Source: Candidatus Bathyarchaeota archaeon (GTDB taxonomy: Archaea; Thermoproteota; Bathyarchaeia; Bathyarchaeales; Bathycorpusculaceae). Taken from it: a DNA stretch of 64,000 nt. Below the pieces are notes generated by a model. That model did not search any database. It had not been told where the DNA came from and saw only the letters and a list, made by a program, of their open reading frames with translations. The position numbers were made by a program, and so were the translations under genes. Of the stretch, positions 59,865 to 64,000 are shown piece after piece. Location: assembly GCA_963702095.1 (NCBI GenBank), contig OY969706.1, positions 480,001 through 544,000 on the forward strand, in the 5' to 3' direction. How positions within the stretch are numbered: the stretch's first letter is position 1; each line of letters begins with the position of its first letter.

Positions 59865-61922
59865 TTGGACTATGATGAATGGAATAATGCGATAGGGCGC
59901 TATTTCTTCAATGCCCAAAACTGCGGTAAAGAAGTATTACTTTTCGTTAATGATGAGCGTCTCAACGAGATAGGGCTTGAAGATGATGCTACCGTTGCAG
60001 ACTTTATAAGTGCAGTTAAAAAGAAAGCGGCAATAGTTTCCGGGGGCAACCTTTGCAAACGAGCTCTTCAATTGTATGACGACTGGAGAGAAGCAAAATA
60101 CGAGTACCCCCCATACTTGGCCTATCTCGCTTTCTTCGTCCTCGCTACGACTGCTGAAGGAGATTTTGACCCCAACGCGTACTATCCGCGGTACTGGGCT
60201 TTACTGAATGAACCTGGTCAGGGAGCTCCCCATGGTTTCTACGATACAGCAGATCTTTGGGAAGATTTAGAGAAGTGGACTGTTGAGGACAAAAAAGAGC
60301 AACTGGGTCGTTTCAAGGCCAGAATACGAGGAAAATGGCGCCATGTAGGGCGCCCTTTATCACAAACGCTGCTTTCAGAAGATGAGCGCAAAGCCTTGCC
60401 AGAAATATTTCGTGACTGTGGCTTTGATCCAACAAACATTCCCTCTGAAGCAACCATTAAAAACGGGCTCCTTCAACACGGAGATTACCACCTAAGGAAA
60501 CGAACCATCAAACTGCTAAAGAGCCAAGCCGGCGAAAACGAAGAATTTGTAAATTCGCTTCTAGACCTTGTAATTACAGAACTGGAGCAATGGGGTAAAT
60601 ACGAAGTAACATCTCCAATCGAAGAAAAAAGTGTCCCAAGCGAAAAGCAGCACGCAGAAAAAACAGCCCCGGTACCATCTCTTTTCCTTCGGACCTGCCT
60701 AGAAATAGATACGCCAAAACAACATGTCCGCCTGAGCCTTAGACTGAAGACTAATCGTCAGTACCCCGAAGATGAGTTGAAATTCGAAATCGCTGGAAAA
60801 GTATTATTTTGCACAGAAACCTATCCCGTAGGCTGGTCCACCCAGCTCACAGAGGTTTCCGCCAATGCTCCACTCGACCCCGCCACATTGGACTGGAGCA
60901 AAAACTGGACGTTCGAAGCCGAAAACGGCTGGACCGCATCCTACAAAAGTCAAGAATTCCGCCTATTCCGCCCCGGAGAAGAAGAGGCCTGCCGGGATTC
61001 ATTGAGTCTCAGAAGCTCGCGCGCAACATTGAATTCTTCCTGCTCTGCAGCAATACCTGTGCCAAGGCAATCCGAGAATGGGGTAAGGACGCCTGTGAAG
61101 AATTCTCTGACCTAAAATACTCTGGCATACCCATCAATTGGTCTCTTTTCAGAGGCATGAATGCAAACAAATCCCTTCCAGGCGTAGATGTCCTCGAGTT
61201 GCCCACACTTACTAGAATCCAACTGAGATGGCGGGATTCTCATTGGGCACGGCAACCAATACCTTGCTTTTGCACCTCCAAGAATAAGAATCGACGGCGG
61301 CATGGGTAATGAAGAACTGTTTCTAAACGAAAAAAAGCTCCAAAAGCTTGAAGGCAGCAGCTGGGACCTCCCCCAAAATGCCCCGATTGGCATCCCTCTT
61401 AGCCTGCAAATCCAGCGCAACGGCGAATTTCTAAGCAAAACCGTCGTGGAGCTAGTTGAACCAACCATAAAAATTCTCCCCTCAAATGAGATGCTAAAAC
61501 GCGACCGCGAAGGAAACTCAACTGCAGAAGAAACGCAACATTATGTTACAGGAGCATCAGTTTTTGGAGAAAATGGAAAAACTGTTTCGCCTCGAATCCA
61601 AATAACTTCTCTGCCGGGAACGCTAATCCTTGTCGGTCGGGAAGCAGGACAAATAGCGAGATGGCCAAAAGAGCCTTTCCCCACGGCTTGGACCCCAGTG
61701 TGGGCAATTCGACGCATTGCTCGCAAGAAATGGCAGGCTCAATTCTGCGGGCAAGAAATCTCGCAAGGGACAAGCCCCATGGAATCCGACACTTACTCTA
61801 TCAAACGGAGAAAAGAATGGAGGGAAGCCCTCTGGATAATGAGGCAAAGAGCGCTTCCCCCTCAACTCCCCGAACTTAGCCAACTTTGGACAAGGTACAC
61901 GGAGGTTGCTCAAGATATCTGA
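59865..61922 (+). CDS. Druantia-like accessory protein (frameshifts near 60988 and 61225)
   Basis: YDEWNNAIGRYFF…PPYLAYL…VGRPLSQTLL; three frames join (GEEE|LPGFIES…IQL|DGGILIG…PPRIRIDGGMGNEEL) to ~685 aa. Confidence 0.6.
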
Positions 61923-62895
61923 TAAATTGCTAAACGCACTCAGCTCAAAAGGTGAGATGCGCACAGAGGAATTCTACAACATTTTCAGCATCGTTTATGC
62001 CCAAAACCCAAGTGCATACGCAGCAGACCTAAAAAACGAAAGATACAAAACAATAAGGATGCTCGACTCGTTGGGGCATTGTGAATTCGACTTCACGCGC
62101 AGAAAAGTCTACGTTTGCCCTCCAACACTTGTCGGCATGCCATCAATCGGGTTGCCCCGAGTCCTTCTTACCGGAGCGAGATCCAGCACACTAATACAGG
62201 AACTGAAGGCTGCAGTCAAAAGCACCGGGGGAGCTGCATACATAATAATGCAACAGCAAACCGAACCTTTGCTTCCGACAGCATTTATCATTGAATCAAG
62301 CAACCAAGGCGCAATAGCAGAGATTGCCAAAAAAACGGGCATAGCTTACAGTCCCAACATAGCTTCCTGGGAAATAATCAACTTCGCCGCCGGACTCGAC
62401 CAGATAGCGCTACACTTTCTAGAAAGAAAACCCCCAAATTGGCAAAGCCAAACGTTCTGTCCAACGCTCCTCAAGTTCATGAGGCAACCAGCAAGTCAAG
62501 ACCTGGACAAGCTCGTGGGATACAAAAACCCAATTACCCAGCAGTACGACCACTGGCTCTGGAGAGGAACGCTTGCCGCCGAAATAGACCGCGACTTGGG
62601 TCGCTACCTAATGCTCGTAAAACATGGCATAAGCGTCCTAGTCCACGACCGGGTCCACAATTACCTTCTTGTTCCGGAGCAAATACCACTACCCCGCCTT
62701 TTTGCCAGAGCATTGGCGCTCTGTTCAGGTAAGGCGCCAATTAGCCAATATCTAAAGGAAAAAACAAGCTTCAAACGGATAAACGAAATTCCAATGCAAA
62801 TCTACTCAAAAGTCCCAACAGAAGTTGTCGACATATTAGCCAAAAAGCTTTCGCAAACGCCCTTCGTTGGCGAAATTAGTTCAAAACAATGGTGA
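61906..62895 (+). CDS. Druantia-like accessory protein
   Basis: LDSLGHCEF, LTGARS, PLPRLFARALALCSG; overlaps both neighbouring genes. Confidence 0.6.
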   Translation: MLKISDKLLNALSSKGEMRTEEFYNIFSIVYAQNPSAYAADLKNERYKTIRMLDSLGHCEFDFTRRKVYVCPPTLVGMPSIGLPRVLLTGARSSTLIQELKAAVKSTGGAAYIIMQQQTEPLLPTAFIIESSNQGAIAEIAKKTGIAYSPNIASWEIINFAAGLDQIALHFLERKPPNWQSQTFCPTLLKFMRQPASQDLDKLVGYKNPITQQYDHWLWRGTLAAEIDRDLGRYLMLVKHGISVLVHDRVHNYLLVPEQIPLPRLFARALALCSGKAPISQYLKEKTSFKRINEIPMQIYSKVPTEVVDILAKKLSQTPFVGEISSKQW

Positions 62896-64000
62896 AATAC
62901 ATGATTGACCCAATAGGCTCCTTTGACGAAGTAAAAAAGAATGTAATCCTTTATATCCAAACCGCTTTTGGAACAAGCTTCAAAGCAATCGAGGACGAGC
63001 GAGAGAAGCTCCTTTTGGACGAAAACGTCCTTTCCAGAGACCCATACATTGAGCCTTTGCCCAAGTATCAATCGTCTGGTAAGAAAATATTAGACCTTGT
63101 CAAAAACGATTTGCCCAGCTTAGGTGACCAAGAACTAGACCTCTTCAAATCTTTAGTCTCGTGCGGCCTGTTTGGGGGGTCCAGACAAATGTACCACCAT
63201 CAATTAGAAATGCTGCAAAAAGCGGTATCGGGAAAGAACTGCATAATTACCGCTGGAACTGGTTCCGGAAAAACTGAAGCGTTCCTTCTTCCCTTATTTG
63301 CCTACCTAGCAAATGAGTCAAATTCGTTGGCCAGCTCCCTCAGCGCCTGATGTGCACACTAAAGATTGGTGGTCGAACGTTGCATATCAAGACTCATGTC
63401 TAAAACAAAAGAAATCCTATCGCGTCACGCAAAGAAACGGCGAAAAGAGAGAAGCCGCTGTTCGTGCGATAATACTATACCCAATGAACGCGCTCGTGGA
63501 AGACCAACTTATCCGCCTCAGAAAGTCACTAGATTCTGATTCCGCCCGGCAATGGTTCGACAATAAAGCGCATCGAAACAGGATATACTTTGGCAGATAC
63601 TATGGGAATACTCCAATACCAGGGCATGAAAAATCGACTTCATCGTCAGGAATTCCAACCTATGACTTCAAGAAGCTGGATAGACTTGCAACGAAGCTAA
63701 AAGACCTTGAAAAGGACGCAAACGAGGCCGCAAAGGAAAGCAAAAAAGTCGAAAATAGCGATCCAGAGTTAGCAGATGTGATTAGGTATTCTTTCCCCCG
63801 TCTTGATGGTAGCGAAATGCGTTGCAGGTGGGACATGCAGGACTACCCGCCAGACATCCTAATCACTAACTTTTCAATGCTGAGTGTAATGCTCATGCGT
63901 AACGAAGATTCACCAATCTTCGAAAAAACGAAAACATGGCTCAGACAAGACAAAAAGCACATTTTCCACCTTATAGTCGACGAATTGCACATGTATCGTG
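62889..64000 (+). CDS. Large DEAD/DEAH-box helicase, DruE-like (partial; frameshift near 63328)
   Basis: PYIE, HQ, TAGTGSGKTEAFLLP, then shifted frame AVRAIILYPMNALVEDQL.RLR, FGRY, RWDMQDYPPDILITNFSMLSVMLMR, VDELHMYR. Confidence 0.88.

Larger units (their letters stand above)
51554..64000. mobile_element. Putative tRNA-integrated defence island (continues past window end)
   Basis: att-like fragment at the left edge, lower GC over much of the region, cluster of nuclease/DUF488/helicase genes; no integrase inside the window. Confidence 0.65.

Overview
Archaeal chromosome segment, most consistent with Bathyarchaeia. This is inferred from the archaeal r-protein/eIF6/prefoldin/FtsY operon, TrmB paralogs, a large PQQ-type beta-propeller surface protein, paired lineage-type secreted proteins and frequent TTG starts. 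About 1-51.5 kb is mixed housekeeping and accessory DNA: radical SAM/methyltransferase/GT2 cluster, VapBC, DNA ligase, a BlaI/BlaR-like pair with three operators facing a MacB-type ABC exporter, ArsB, IlvC, LigD-Pol and a sulfatase. The rps19e-rpl39e-rpl31e-eIF6-rplX-pfdA-ftsY operon is split by a KaiA-less clock-like cassette (four kaiB, one kaiC, one PAS histidine kinase). Degenerate intergenic repeats lie at 26.5, 33.9-34.4, 39.4 and 44.0 kb. From a tRNA 3'-end fragment at ~51.55 kb to the window end there is a largely AT-rich, probably tRNA-integrated defence island. It carries a TrmB-like regulator opposite an unannotated Cys-rich peptide, restriction-fold nucleases, a symmetric OB/DUF488/DUF488/OB operon and a Druantia-like helicase operon. 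Many genes carry single-base frameshifts, probably mostly assembly errors. All family assignments come from motif recognition by eye, not database searches.
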